Shown here: piece after piece, positions 29,688 to 43,056 of the stretch
Layout of the letters: each line of letters begins with the position of its first letter
Numbering within the stretch: position 1 is the first letter of the stretch
Assembly (NCBI GenBank): GCA_012295275.1
Contig: CM022670.1
Span: 3,224,001-3,288,000 of the forward strand
Origin: Chrysomallon squamiferum
Taxonomy: Eukaryota; Animalia; Mollusca
Reading direction: 5' to 3'
DNA: 64,000 bases
Position numbers and translations under genes: made by a program
Notes under the pieces: generated by a model
Told to the model about the DNA's origin: nothing
The model's database searches: none
The model's input: the letters and a program-made list of their open reading frames with translations, nothing else

Positions 29688-32600
29688 TTATTATTTATTT
29701 ATTTATGTTTTATTTTTTATTTTATTTTATTTTTTTGTGTGAGGTTGTTCATACTATCAATATTACAATGTACAAAGAATGTTTTGTCTGTTAAGAATTA
29801 AGTCTTGTTTTTGCAGCTGTTGACAATGTGATGCCATTACTGCAAGAAAGATACGAGGCTGAACAACAGAAAGCTTTACAGATGAGGTCTGCACATTTTG
29901 ATATTTCTCTGATTGTGTTCATAATTTATTTTAATAACTGATTACTTTTTCATCCTTTGTAAGAAATACTTTTCAAATATAAAATAATTATAATGATGAT
30001 AATTAGCACTACATTTTAAAAAAAGCACATTAAAATCAATACAATGATTTATTTTGTGTTCTAATGTTACCTTAAGATTTATTAACAAAATCCAGTGTAT
30101 GTGCAGTACTTTATATTGGAAGTTGTGTTGGTTAAAAAGGATATGTCAATAATATGTGTATGTATATACTACAAATTTTATTTTGCTTTTTAATTTATGA
30201 TTGATTGATTTATTTTGTTGTTACTCTTGTGTGTGTTTTTTTTTTTTTTTTTTTTTTTTGGGGGGGTGACGTCCTATTTACTTAATTTTAACTTACATTA
30301 CAATGAGCACATTAGGCGATTTCCCATACCCGAAGATTTACTCAAGCATAAATACATCAAAATTATTAAATGTTTTGAATTCTATGGCCTTGTGAAGACT
30401 TGTGAAATTGTTCTTAATAAGAAAAAAAAGAAGTCATTATTAACGTTATTATTATTATGTCAGGATTGAAAACAAGGAGAAAGGAGATGGTGATTCTGGG
30501 GTAAAGGATTATGCATCAACTGAAAGCGATGAAGAAGAAAAAACCAACCAGGATTCAGCAAACAAAAAACGAATAATGGGACCGAGAAAGAAGTTTCAGT
30601 GGACTGAAAATATCACGTAACTGTTTTCTTCATTATTATTTTTTACTTGCTGGAGTGGAAATTTTCATTATTGTTTTGTTTTATACTGCTGTTATTATTA
30701 TTAATACTCTAGTCATTACTACTTATTATTTATTATTATTATTTATGTGTATTTGTGCAACATAAAGTAAATGTATAGCCGTGAATCCATGTAAATATTT
30801 CCTGAATTATCTGTCACATCTTAACTATTAGTGCACTTGCAGAGTTGCCTCCCTGAATATCTTTTTTCTGTATACATAACAAAACATGCTTAAAATATAT
30901 ACTTAACATACACATAAAACAGTAGTATTTAGTAAATCAAACTAACAAACTTCTAAAGTGAGTTTTCTGGCTATCACTATTAGTACAATCTAATTAAAAT
31001 ATTTTTAATTTATTTTATTTATTTTACTGTAATGACTTGCAAATTATTATTATTATTATTATTACTAGAACTAGTACCACTACTACTACTAGCTATTACT
31101 ATTATTATTATTGTTGTTATTTCTAGGAACTGTCTGTGTGATGTAGTCAGGGTAAAGATGCAGATGTTTTCTGTTTCAAAAGTCCGAGCGCAGACAGCCG
31201 AAGAATACCTCCGAGCTTTCCTTGATGCTGAAGTGAAACCAATATGGCCGCAAGGCTGGATGCAAACCAGGTGAGCAGTGTCATACATTTACATGACTGT
31301 AATTTAAAAAAACAGAAAACAGACTAGCTCAGAATGCAGTCTGAGCAGTGACAGGTTGCCAGATCAATCCTTCTTAGTGCCTGTCGGCTTATATATGTAA
31401 AAATGATTGTAATATTTTATTTTTCAGAATGTTGTTCAAGCAGAGCCGATCAGTTCATGCAAGCTGGACAAATCCGTGAGTTTTTAATTGTTGTTACCAC
31501 TTTTAGTTATTTTAGTTACCTGTCTGAAGCCTCACTTTTCTAAAATGATTGTTTTGTACCAATAGGTAGGTAAATATAAAGACAAATAGCATTTTTACAA
31601 GAGTGTTTTTCTTAATTATTATTTTATTTTCAGAAATAAAGCCAAGAAGACATTATTAACATCCAAGGCTGCTTCACCAAACAGATTGCCCACACCCACC
31701 TCCATTCCATTAAAAAGAGAGACTGTATCCAAAGAATCTCCCAATAATAACTCGTACACCAAGAAAGTCAAAGATGCCATAGAGATAGTGAGCAGTTCTG
31801 GTGAAGAGGAAAAAACTGCTCCAATGGACGCTGATTCAGAATGCATGAAACTTGAAGACTACATAACAATGGAAGATGTCGATCATCTTTTTTCTTCTAT
31901 AGGAACGGCAGAACCACACATCCCAACACTTCTTGACTACACAGACAAATCAGCATCATCGCCAACCATAGTCTCAGCCACCAGCACCATCAACACTCTC
32001 AGCACAACAGTGAAAACATTGCCACCAGCAACATCTCACACCAAACATTCCACCAACACAACAATAGAGAATAAGAACTCTAGGATAACAGAAGCTGCTG
32101 GAAGGAATCTTGTTGCCGACATGTTGCAGAAACCATTGCCAACAAAAACCAAATCTGTGTCATCGTCTGTTCAGAAAACACCAACGCATGATGGCGGGAA
32201 CAGAGATTCACCATTTTTGGCAGAGTTTCAGAAGCATTTAAATTTAAGCTCAACAACTGGGAACTTGCACAGTGAAACTCACAGTAGTAGCAGTAGCAGC
32301 AGCAACCAAGGGGTTGATCTTATGTCAACTTCAAGACTCCAATCAATGCTTACAAGTCCATTGGTTCATCAGAGTTCAAAAGGACAGACAAGTGGAAGCA
32401 AACAGTATGAACAGTTTTTAAAGCAAAAAAGTTACATACCCTCTGAACAAAGACCTGCAAAGTCACCTTCTACTTCTTCCCAGCAGGCAAAACCGGTTTC
32501 TCCAATGGCAGGTACTCAAGTAAATGTCATAGACTCCAGAGCAAAGGTGGAGACCAGTCATTCAAAACGTGATCATGGAAATTCATCTTCTAATTCCATT

Positions 32601-35600
32601 GACAAAGAAGCCATTAAGCAGTTGCATTATCGACTTATGCAAATGGCTGGATCAGGGAAAATGGCTGGTCTTGTGAAGGACAGTTCTCGTTTGTCAAGTT
32701 CTTCTGGAACAGGTTCTCAATCACTGGAGAATAGGAAGTCAGCAGATGTGCAGAAGTCTTTGGTGGACACAACAGCAGCTCAGCAGTTGTTTAAACAGCC
32801 CTTACCAGCAAGCAGTGCAGCACAGTTGAGAGTGTCACCACAACTGTCCAAATCTGGACAAGGAAGCACTCAGAAATGTTTAGCATCATCTTCAGTTAAA
32901 AATGATACGCAGACGTTCCAGTCAGGTGGGATACATAGACAGCCGGCACAAGCCCACCAAAGAGTGCACCAGAATATAAGTCAAAACCAACAGTCTGCTA
33001 GCATTACCAGCAGACAACCATCAATTTCACAAGGATCAAGAAATTCCTTTTCCTCACCTAACAATCGGCCGTCTTCTACTTCATATGTTTCCATAACAAC
33101 CCCAACCAGCAGCAGACATACAAGTGTCCCCCAGTCTCATGGGAGCAACTTGGTGTCCCCCACAGGAAGCAGACAGACAGGAGTTTCACATGGCTCACCG
33201 TCAAAACTGACCTCATCCTCGCCATCATCATCATCTTCAGATTCGAGGAATTCTGCTAATAGAATTTCACCAAGTTCTAGAATTGCAGTCTCCCCTCGAA
33301 CTTCCCCAACATCAAGCAATACCAGCATGTTGTCCCAGATCAGAGACCAGTCCAACAGTCAGGCATTTCTTTCCAAAATCATTGAATCTGAGCTGAAGGC
33401 TGCTACAGCACATAAAGTAAGCCAGATGAAAATGTCCCAACCTGTTAGAAATGTTAGCCACAGCAAACCTCAGGTACTGTGGCAGTCTAGCCAGGCAGGA
33501 AGAGTACCACCATTTACTACAACAAGTTCCACTGTCTCAAACTCGTTCATTGGACAGAATCCACCAGGATACCAAAGTCTGAAGTTGTCATTATCCAAAG
33601 ATCCATCAGCTTCAGCTGGGGCATACTCAGTTGTGTCTCCATCGTTACGTCTACAGAATCCATCACCTGTCTCAGGTAAATGATTTCTGAATTACTAATA
33701 TGGTAGTAGTAGTATTCCTTGTGGAGAAAAGATTGTAATAAATAAAAATCTGGATATATGTAGGTTCCTTTCTAATGAAATAAAATGAGATTTGTTAATA
33801 TTGTCAGTTATATCATTTCATGAATAAAGTAATAAATTATTTGTTGCTGTTAGAAATATACTAACTTTTTTAATGTGATTTAAATCTTTTTTGTATATTT
33901 TTATATGAATCCAAAACATGATGAAAATGATGTTTTAGTTTCTCTTTTGTTTCTCTTTTTATTTAATTTTTTTTTTAATTTTTTTTTTAATTTGTAATGA
34001 CATATGTTTTATAATATTTCTGTTTTTTAGTCTTAATTAAAATTATATTTATTTGTATGACATCAAATTTCCTATCTTATTTGTAGCAACAGATTTTTTA
34101 TATTTTAATCATTTTCTTTGAACTTGTGTTGTGTTTATATTTAATAATCAAAATGTAATTTGTCACAGCAGGCAGCAGGAGTAATTCCTCACAACCAGTT
34201 AACAGCAAATCTGCTCGACAGGGTCCGTTTGGTACACAGCCTGGTCATTCTCCAGCATCACAAGTGCAAGGACAGACAACTCAGGTCACGCAAATGCAAG
34301 GACAGACAACTCAGGTCACACAGTTGCAAAATCAGTCAGCTCAGGCAACACAACTACAACGTCCACCCTCTCCACAGATACCAGGTAAATTAATTAACAC
34401 AACATTTCTTTATTCCCCTCAATTTATATAATTTCGTAAATAACATTTTTTTTTTTCATTTTCAAACTTGTCAAAAAGATTTAACACATATTAATATATG
34501 TCAAATGAATCTGAATACTCAGTAGTTAGAAGTAGCTTTTGTAGTTTTTTCTTAATTAGGTCTAATACTAGAACTAATTTCTAACAATATATGTGGCTTA
34601 TTAATGCTTGATTAATTGTAGGAAGATAGATATGCTAGCAGAAAGAGGGCCTGGCTTGTAAAACCAGTGAAAAAAAGAAATAGATTATGATTATGCTTTG
34701 TATTGTGAATGTCAAAGAAGCAAAGGGGTTAATATTGTTGTATACAACACATAATGACAGTGAAATCAGATAAAATACTAATACTGAATATAAATGAATT
34801 TTCTTACTGTTACAGACTTATTTATTTGTTGTATCAGATTAAATGTATGCCATATTAGGATTTTTACAGAAGATTACAAAATTTTAATCATGGTTTCCAT
34901 CAAATTGCTCAGATAAAAGAAATAAAATTGTTTTCATTTACCTAAAATAAAATAAAATAAAATAAAAATAAATGTTTAAGTAGTTTTGAAACATTTTTCA
35001 TCACAAATATACTAATGATGAAACTATATTTTAAAATGAAAAATAGAACTTAAATAGCAAAAGTTTTAAAACTTTCAATTATTTCTTTTATATATGGGCT
35101 TAATTAAAATGCAGTTTTTATTATCATTTACCACTAAAAAGTGGGGATGATAAATAAAAAAAAAATAAAAATAAAAAAAAATAAAAAAAAAATATATGAA
35201 TTGTGCAATTATTTCATCTTTCCTTGATACAGAACATAAGTAACACGTGAAGTAAAGGTAATAAATTACTCAAAATTAATGTAGTTTTTAAAATGTTTGT
35301 GATACAGATGTTGAAATACAAATGTTGTTGAGCCCAGAACACTTGTCAGGCAGAATTATTTTCAATGTTATCGTTGTTGTACTGTTGTTATGTACATGAT
35401 GACAGAATGCACTGAGTATGTGTGTGTGTGTGTGTGTACACTATGGCTAGCTCTGTAGAAAGCTTTGCTGGTTTTCAGGCTTGCCTCCACTATACAGTAG
35501 CTCTCACAGTATTCTTTCTCCAACATCTCCACTCTACAGACTTCCACCTTACACAGGTAACATTAAACTGTTCATGTGTCACCTAGCGCTTGTTTGTTTT

Positions 35601-36456
35601 GGGTTTTACATTAACAGCTTGGTTGATCATCTGGTGTTTGTTTCATACATTTTTGTTTATATGCATTTAGGGTTGGCAGCATTTAGCAGTTCAGTGATTT
35701 ACAGGCTTTTCCATTTTATTGTCTTATAAGTACATCAATGTAGCGAGAGAGACAGACAGACAGACAGATAAACAGAGAAACAGACAGACAGACAAACTAA
35801 ATTGTAGTGCAAATACTTTTATAAAATGTAGCTGTATTCTTCATTAGAATTTAGCCAGAATCATTAATTTCTGTATTAAGTTCTGCCCTCTTTTTAATCT
35901 CAAAGATCCTAACACAAATGAATGAGTCTAGAAAAAAATTAATGAACTAGGTTTGGTTATTTTTCACAAACATTTTTGAGTATCTCTGGTGGTATGTATT
36001 ATGGTGGTGGAAATGAACAGGGGAAGTCCAGTAATTTCAGTATACAGCATCATAGTTACTTATTTATTTTATTTTTACATCTGACATGCAGGTATGTGGC
36101 TGTATTCAATATTCAACAATAAAACCTATTTTTATTTGAATGGTTTGCTTTATCAGCATATTTTAATAATTATCATCATTCTACATGATTTTGACTTTAA
36201 TAATTACTTAACTTATTTATTCTAACACTGAACTTTGCATTAGAGCCAGGTAATATTAACAGCTTTAGATTTATAAAGTGTACCTTTTATGGTTCATACA
36301 GCTGGACAACAAAAATATATATATATATATATTATAGTAAAAAAAAAAGAAAAGTATATACAGAAATGTAAAATGATCTAGACAGGCTGAGTACATGTTT
36401 ACAAAACTGATGCTTTGAATATTTTATTATTGTTAACAACTTGTGTTAGAATTAAA

Positions 36457-36489
<33 letters not shown>

Positions 36490-36773
36490 CAAGTATGTAC
36501 AAAGTATGTACAAGCTTTTTTACCATGAAAGTTACAATTAATTCATTTCTCATAAAGGATTGTGTTTTGCTTTACAGCCATTGTTTAACAAGTGTGCATG
36601 TGTTTCTTGGATTTATTTTTTTATTTTTAATTTTTTCACTGCATTGCTGTTTTGTTTTCTAGTTATTTTTTATTACTGGGTTTTCCATTTGTTATTCATC
36701 TGTGGTAACATTCATTAATCATTAACTGTTATAATAACCCTACATCTAGTTTTAATTTTTGTGACTTGGAGAT

Positions 36774-36831
<58 letters not shown>

Positions 36832-36910
36832 ATTTTTTTAACCTTTTTTTAAAATTTTATTTCCATTTTTATTTTCTATTTTTAAAATTATTTTATTTAA
36901 TTTTTTTTAT

Positions 36911-36947
<37 letters not shown>

Positions 36948-37252
36948 TATAGTGAATTAGAAATTGTAACAGCTATAACTTATAACAAGAATGATATTTC
37001 AGAAACATATATATATATATTGCACATTGCACACTGTTTCAGGAATATATTAACTAGTAAAGTTAATTATTTCAAATAATTATGGTTTTTACTTCCTAAT
37101 TTTTTTTTTTTTTTTTTTTTTTAATTACATAGATTATAGTTAAAGATTATAGTTTATGATTATTGTATATAATTAATGGTATGAATAATGATTAACAACA
37201 AATAGTACATTTTTGTTTCTTACTGTTTTCAGATTCATCACATGGTTACTAA
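18728..37252 (+). CDS. UBN: Ubinuclein (UBN1/UBN2/yemanuclein-like; HIRA histone H3.3 chaperone complex subunit), 17 coding exons, about 1331 aa
   Basis: Exons: 18728-18892, 24300-24410, 25312-25416, 25833-25976, 26668-26721, 27202-27320, 27659-27947, 28564-28631, 28939-29108, 29817-29886, 30464-30616, 31127-31270, 31428-31475, 31634-33675, 34169-34384, 35479-35556, 37233-37252 (3996 nt, phases consistent). N-terminal CPEFSFTEL and [10 protein letters not shown] motifs. Hpc2-related (HRD/HUN) domain [46 protein letters not shown] middle domain motifs [43 protein letters not shown] and [15 protein letters not shown]. The last three exons are less certain than the rest. Confidence 0.92.
19660..20290. 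promoter_or_regulatory. CpG-rich regulatory island in UBN intron 1 with a DR1 nuclear-receptor element and an E-box
   Basis: AGGTCA-A-AGGTCA at 20074-20086 overlaps CACGTG at 20085-20090. GCGCAT/TGCGCGCA NRF1-like arrays at about 20238-20280. CpG is abundant compared with the flanking introns. Confidence 0.55.
24435..24600 (-). mobile_element. Fragment of a dispersed SINE-like repeat
   Basis: Shares the core ttagcagcaagggatct / aaagatcccttgctgctaa and atcccatagac motifs with copies at about 5880-5990, 41850-41940, 49500-49657, 54222-54325 and 57219-57516. Confidence 0.5.
31634..33675 (+). CDS. UBN: Large 2042-nt UBN exon encoding a Ser/Thr/Gln/Pro-rich low-complexity C-terminal region
   Basis: Corresponds to the 665-aa ORF 31686-33683. 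It is bounded by ttttcag|A at 31634 and TCAG|gtaaat at 33675, and is in frame with the upstream UBN exons. Confidence 0.93.
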
Positions 37253-37697
37253 TGTCAAAAATTCAGCAATGAATGAAGATCATGTGGTCACTAAATCATT
37301 AGATAATTCCACTTTGTTATTAATCCTTGGATTATTTGTTAATAAATGAAGATTACATGCTCTATAATTCATAATGGAATTTTACATTGTTACCTACCAA
37401 TCCATGGATTATTTGGGTTTTTAAAATGAATAAAGATCTCATAAGCACTAATTCCAGGGTTATTTAACAGTGAATCAAGATGACATTGCTACCAATCCAT
37501 CAAAGAATTTCAGTCTTACTGAATCCATGGATTGTTTTGCTGCTGGTTCAATATCTGTCATGGTTACTCATTCCAAGATTATTTAATAATGAGTGACAGT
37601 CATGTACTTCCTGATCCACGGATTATTCATAATGAAACAAGATTACTGGGTTACTAATCTATGTATTATTGGAATAAATCCAGATCACATGGTTACA
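37232..37697 (+). repeat. Degenerate minisatellite of about 45 nt spanning the UBN stop codon and proximal 3' UTR
   Basis: Approximate consensus aatgaatcaagatcacatggttactaatccatggattatt, recurring roughly 8-10 times. cacatggttac occurs exactly at both ends (37239 and 37686). Confidence 0.7.
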
Positions 37698-39191
37698 CTG
37701 TCTTCAGCCTAAAGCAGTGACATGCATTCCAGAAACAAAGATCTGTTTTTGATGGCCTTGTCTCACAAAAACTCTTGATGAATTCTGTGTTTCTTGATAG
37801 CCTTACTCTGTTCAACAGATCCATTGCAGATGTAATTCAGAGTTCCTTGTAACACAATTCTAACACAGTTTCAACATCAACAATCACCATAACTAATTCA
37901 GCATTGATCAGCTTGTTCTAGTCAGAATTTGACTTTTTAATGAAATGAATCGTAAACTCTGACAGAATCTGGATTATTTTCTAATGGTCTCACAGTCGAA
38001 GATTGGAGCTGTAATATTATTATTATTATTATTATTATTGTGTAGGGCTACTAACTAAGTGAATAAAACAGATCCATTAAATTTTCAGTTAGCCAAAAAT
38101 AAGGCATTTAATACAATATAGATCTGTTTTTGTAAACTAAACTACTGCAACTGGACTCTTACTATATATCTCTCTTTTCTTGTGAAATATTTGTCATGGA
38201 TTCATTTCTAATGATTTTAATCAGCTTCTTATCATCAGATTTAAAAACTAGTTTCATGACTTGTTAACTATCGCTGTAATAATAAAATATGAAACTCCTA
38301 ATAATAAATTAGTTTCAAATTACCAAAATTCTGGCAACTAAAAACTAGTCCAAAATTTGAATTTCTAAAAAAAAAAAAAAAAAAAAAAAAAGCTTTATGT
38401 TTCTGACTAATGGATCCACTTCTTTTTACCTGAATTCTGGTAAATATGAATTGAATATTTTTTCACTGCTTAAATTAATTAATTAACTATTCATGGATAT
38501 TCTTGTGGTGGTGTGAACATGGAAGTAAGTCTCCATTTAAAGAGGAATGTGTTGTGTATTGTACTACAATTTTCACCACTGTGTTGTTGGTGATGATGAC
38601 AATGATGATGTTTTGCACTACAGCACAGCTGATGAATTGAGATTAACATAAAAATGAGCATTTTCAGAATATTAATAATTCAGATGGTTGTGTCTGTGAA
38701 TTATTTTTTAATGAAATTTAAAAAAATAAAATAAAATAAATAATATTAATTCTGATGTTACCTTTCGTATGAGAGATTAAAAAAAAAAATTAAAATTTTA
38801 TACATACATACATATATATGTAAACATTATTATGTCATTTACTTTGTGTGTGAACTGGGCATTTTCCTTTTTCTATTTTAAATCAGGAATTTGTAAAACT
38901 GTAGACCAGATAATTTTAGGCCAGCAGTGTTTTGCATTTTAGTTTTCATAACTGGTAAAACTAAAATAAATCGGCTGTTAATAATCTACTGATGATCTTT
39001 AGCAGATATTTAAAAAATAATTTTTGAATTTTATAAATATTTGAAAATACTCCTTGAAGCTCTGGTAACGTGCAGTATAATATTAAATTATTTTCGAGAC
39101 TGTCTCTTATTTTAATTGTTTTATTATACGTGCATTTTATTTACTTTTTGTTATTTTTATTTTTTATTTATTTATTTATTATTATTATTAC

Positions 39192-39231
<40 letters not shown>

Positions 39232-40736
39232 TGTGTAAAAAATATGATAAAAATATCTATCAAAGAAAATATAATTACGGCAAGATATTATTATTATTAT
39301 TGTTATTTATGTAAAAAATGTGATAAAAATATCAAAGAAAATATAATTAAGACAAGATAGTCCCATACATTGTCTTTATAATTTAACCATATAAAACTTT
39401 ACTTTAGTCATTTGACATCACCTCGTATATGTTTCTTGATTAATTACCATTTACAGTTTAATTCTAAAATGAAATTATTTGGAAAAAAAAAAAAATTATA
39501 TTTTTTTCTGAAATAGCGTCAAACTCAAAGACAATAAAATTTATTATATATAGTTTTTCATTTTAAAATGAAATTACTGGTGGGGAATATTTTTAGTTTT
39601 TTCTGAAATAGCATCATGAGAGAATATAATCTGTTATATATTTTTTTTTCATTCTAAAATGGAATTGCTGATAATAATTTTTTTATTGTTATTTTCATTT
39701 GCTGTGAATAAATTTTCTTTGTACTTTTTGTTCAAAAATCATATAGCTGAGAACAAATTTTCTTTTGATAATTTCATTTTAAAAATAATATGAATATTAA
39801 TTAAATTGCTGATGTTCCTGTTTGGATTAGAGAGATTTTTGTTGGTTCCAAAGTAAAAGACAGAAAATGTGACATTTTGTGTAATAGATTATAGATAGTT
39901 TTGTTGTTTTTACAATAATCAACATTAATACCAGCATTATTGCACGTTATTCTGTGAACAAAATTATTATTATTTCTTTTTTTTAATTTAATTTAATTTT
40001 TTATATGTTATATGTTATTATTTTTTTTTTATTTGTATTTATTAATATTTTTTTTAATTTAGTTTTGTCATAATTCTGTTACACATTCAACAAAGGAGTG
40101 TGTGTGCTGATATTAATTCAGAGCCAAAACATATCTTGTATACTTACATATTTATCATTTACTGGCAGCCAATCTCTGCTCATAATAAAATATGACAGTA
40201 CTGAAAAAAGCAGCATAATTTTTTGTTATTTTTTAATTAAAAATTAATGTTCCAGTTTCCTTTCTTCCTTACGTGCTTGAGTTATTATAAATGATACAGA
40301 TGAATAAATAAATTAATTCCTGGCATATAAAAATTGAATGGTTACTCAGTAAGGATTCACAGAATATAATTTTCTACATAATGAATTATTATTATTATTA
40401 AAAACATGTATTTTTATACTGGTTGACTGTGCAGGCACAGTGGCTAAATTTCAGTTAAATATGGCATTTATCAGAACATCAACAATATCAATTTGTGATT
40501 ATGATATTTATTTTTTTGGGGGGGGATTTTGGATTTATTTATTTATTTATTTATTTATTTATTATTAATTTGTTTTGATTCTTTATTTATTTATTTTATA
40601 ACCTTTGTTTTTCTTTTACCCTCATTTTATTCGAGAGTAAAAGTAAGGGACATAATTCCAACAGCCTTAATTTGTAGAAAACGTCTCTTATTTTTAAAAA
40701 TCTATAGAATGATTCTGTCAACCCAAAATTTTGCTA

Positions 40737-40773
<37 letters not shown>

Positions 40774-41134
40774 AATTAATGCAGAAAACAAAAAAAAATG
40801 TATTTACACTACCATTATGAAATATCTTCACATCTTTTATAATTTTAATTTTAATTTTTTTTTTTTTTTTTTTTTATTTTTTTTTTTTATTTTATTATTT
40901 TTAAAATTAATATTATTTTTTTATTTTAGAATCTTTTAAAAACAATATATATTTTTTTATTATTATTTTTTTTTTTTTTTTTTAGGAAATGCTTCTACTA
41001 ACAAAAATTTCTTTAAGATTTTAAATGAAATTGAAAATCCCTAGCTTTTAATTTTCAGTACGCTTGCAAAATATGTGTTATTTGTGCTATGTTGATGATC
41101 ATCATCATTGCACTTTATATTACTACTAATACTG

Positions 41135-41165
<31 letters not shown>

Positions 41166-41580
41166 AATTATCATTATCATCATCATTATTGTCATTATTA
41201 GTATTATAGAAAATAAGTCAGTAACACTTTGAAGGAAAATGGGTTTCCTTTATTTATTGTTCTCAGTACACTTGTGAAGAAAATGATTGTTTTACTATAT
41301 TGTTTTCTTCTGTGTCCTGCTGAATGAAAGAAACATTTTATAACTTTTATATTAAGTAAATGGGCATTATTTTTGTATTATTATTCTGTAAAATAATGCT
41401 GTCACATAATAATTTTGTGTCTGTTTTAATCTGTGTATGTAATTGTTCTCTGCATCACATTATGTACCTACATTATCTAAAAAAGACAAAGCATATGGAA
41501 TGCTCAGTAGTATGCAATAATTAATATAATATGTAAATATATCATTTTTTTTGTTAATAGATGAATTGAATAAAAATTTT
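37253..41580 (+). other. Probable long UBN 3' UTR
   Basis: AT-rich sequence with no coding exons, and CpG-poor like the gene body until about 41.6 kb. AATAAA at about 41569 lies just before the compositional change; earlier AATAAA sites also exist. Confidence 0.4.
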
Positions 41581-41648
41581 GTAAGACCTGGGTGTTCGAG
41601 TGATTGGTACTTTTAAAAAGACCTCTTGATAATATCTAGAAGTTATAT

Positions 41649-41725
<77 letters not shown>

Positions 41726-43022
41726 TTCTATCATTTGGTTTAACAGTTTAAGAAACATTTCAATAAAATATTATTTTGTGAAAAATCCACACTGTTTTAA
41801 CAGTACACCAATAATTTAACAATCATCTTATAAAATGTTGATAAACTCTTGCAATAACAAAGATCTTACATATACCCTCAGACATGGGACAATCTTTTTT
41901 AACATGAACAGTGGGGCACTGGCAGGAACGGGAAATAATATTTGTTTCCCATTTATGCAAAAACATGATTATAGATCAAAGCCGCCAACAATGAACTTTT
42001 ATTTTTAATGGTTATTGTTTGATTTTATTCTTTATTATTAATGTTTTTATTTATTTATAAATTGTGTATTAAGGTTTCAAGTAATTAATTTATGTTATTG
42101 CACTCAGTGTCTGACTTGGCAATGAAAGAATGACTGATTAAGATAACGAAAATGTCTAAGATATCACTTCGACAAGGCAAAAACGATTTCACTCATTTGT
42201 AAGAGTAGAACTCGGGTCGGTTAGCTACCTTTCACATGCAGGCCTGTCCATTTGATAACGTAACAACGTGAATCATCTTGTGATACAAGATTCTGACACT
42301 GCAAGGGGGGGGGATTAAAACTCTTTAATTCGTGAGAGAGAAAACAAAACGAAGAAAGAAAAGTAATGTGAACATTTGAATCGACAAACCCATGAAGACA
42401 ATCAAATGTTCCATTATCTGCATGACCATCTAACCGCACGAAATAACCATATCAATGCAATATGAGAAAGAGGCCATTTGAAAGATGCACCTCGATAGTG
42501 TTTTCCTTTATTGTTTTGTGGTACGGATGCCATTATATTTGAAATGATGTGATTACGTTTTCCAATAACTTTATATTTATGGCTACTCATCTACGAAAAA
42601 CAATTGAATCAAAGGGAAGAGATACAGAGAGAGAGCAAAAAAAAAAAATAATAATCGCTGTTCTTGCGAGCGGTACAGAACAGCGGAAAGTACCGAAAAT
42701 TGCCTTTATGCGATATTTGTACAGTATCGAAAATTATTTTATCAAAACATTAAAGTCTATTACAATAAATAGCAAAATTTCACAAGAATTTATATGACAG
42801 TTTGTTTTGAGGCAGGATTATATTTTTTGTATAAAGTAGTATTTCTCCGATTATATATATTTTTGATGATATATGGTGGACCTTGTTTGCGTTTTAATAA
42901 ATATAGTATGGCGAACTAAAATTCTTGAGTTCACAACCTAAACCTTCTTTAAGGGCTGCATTCCAGTGTTGTTGTTGTTATTGCTTTTTTTTTTTTTTTT
43001 CTTGATATTATTAATATTATTA

Positions 43023-43056
<34 letters not shown>

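Noticed and set aside
31686-33683. 665-aa ORF as a stand-alone novel gene
   Set aside because: Bounded by in-frame splice sites; it is the large exon of ubinuclein.
37232-37697. Repeat array as CRISPR-like
   Set aside because: Eukaryotic context, degenerate units, no constant repeat with unique spacers and no cas genes.
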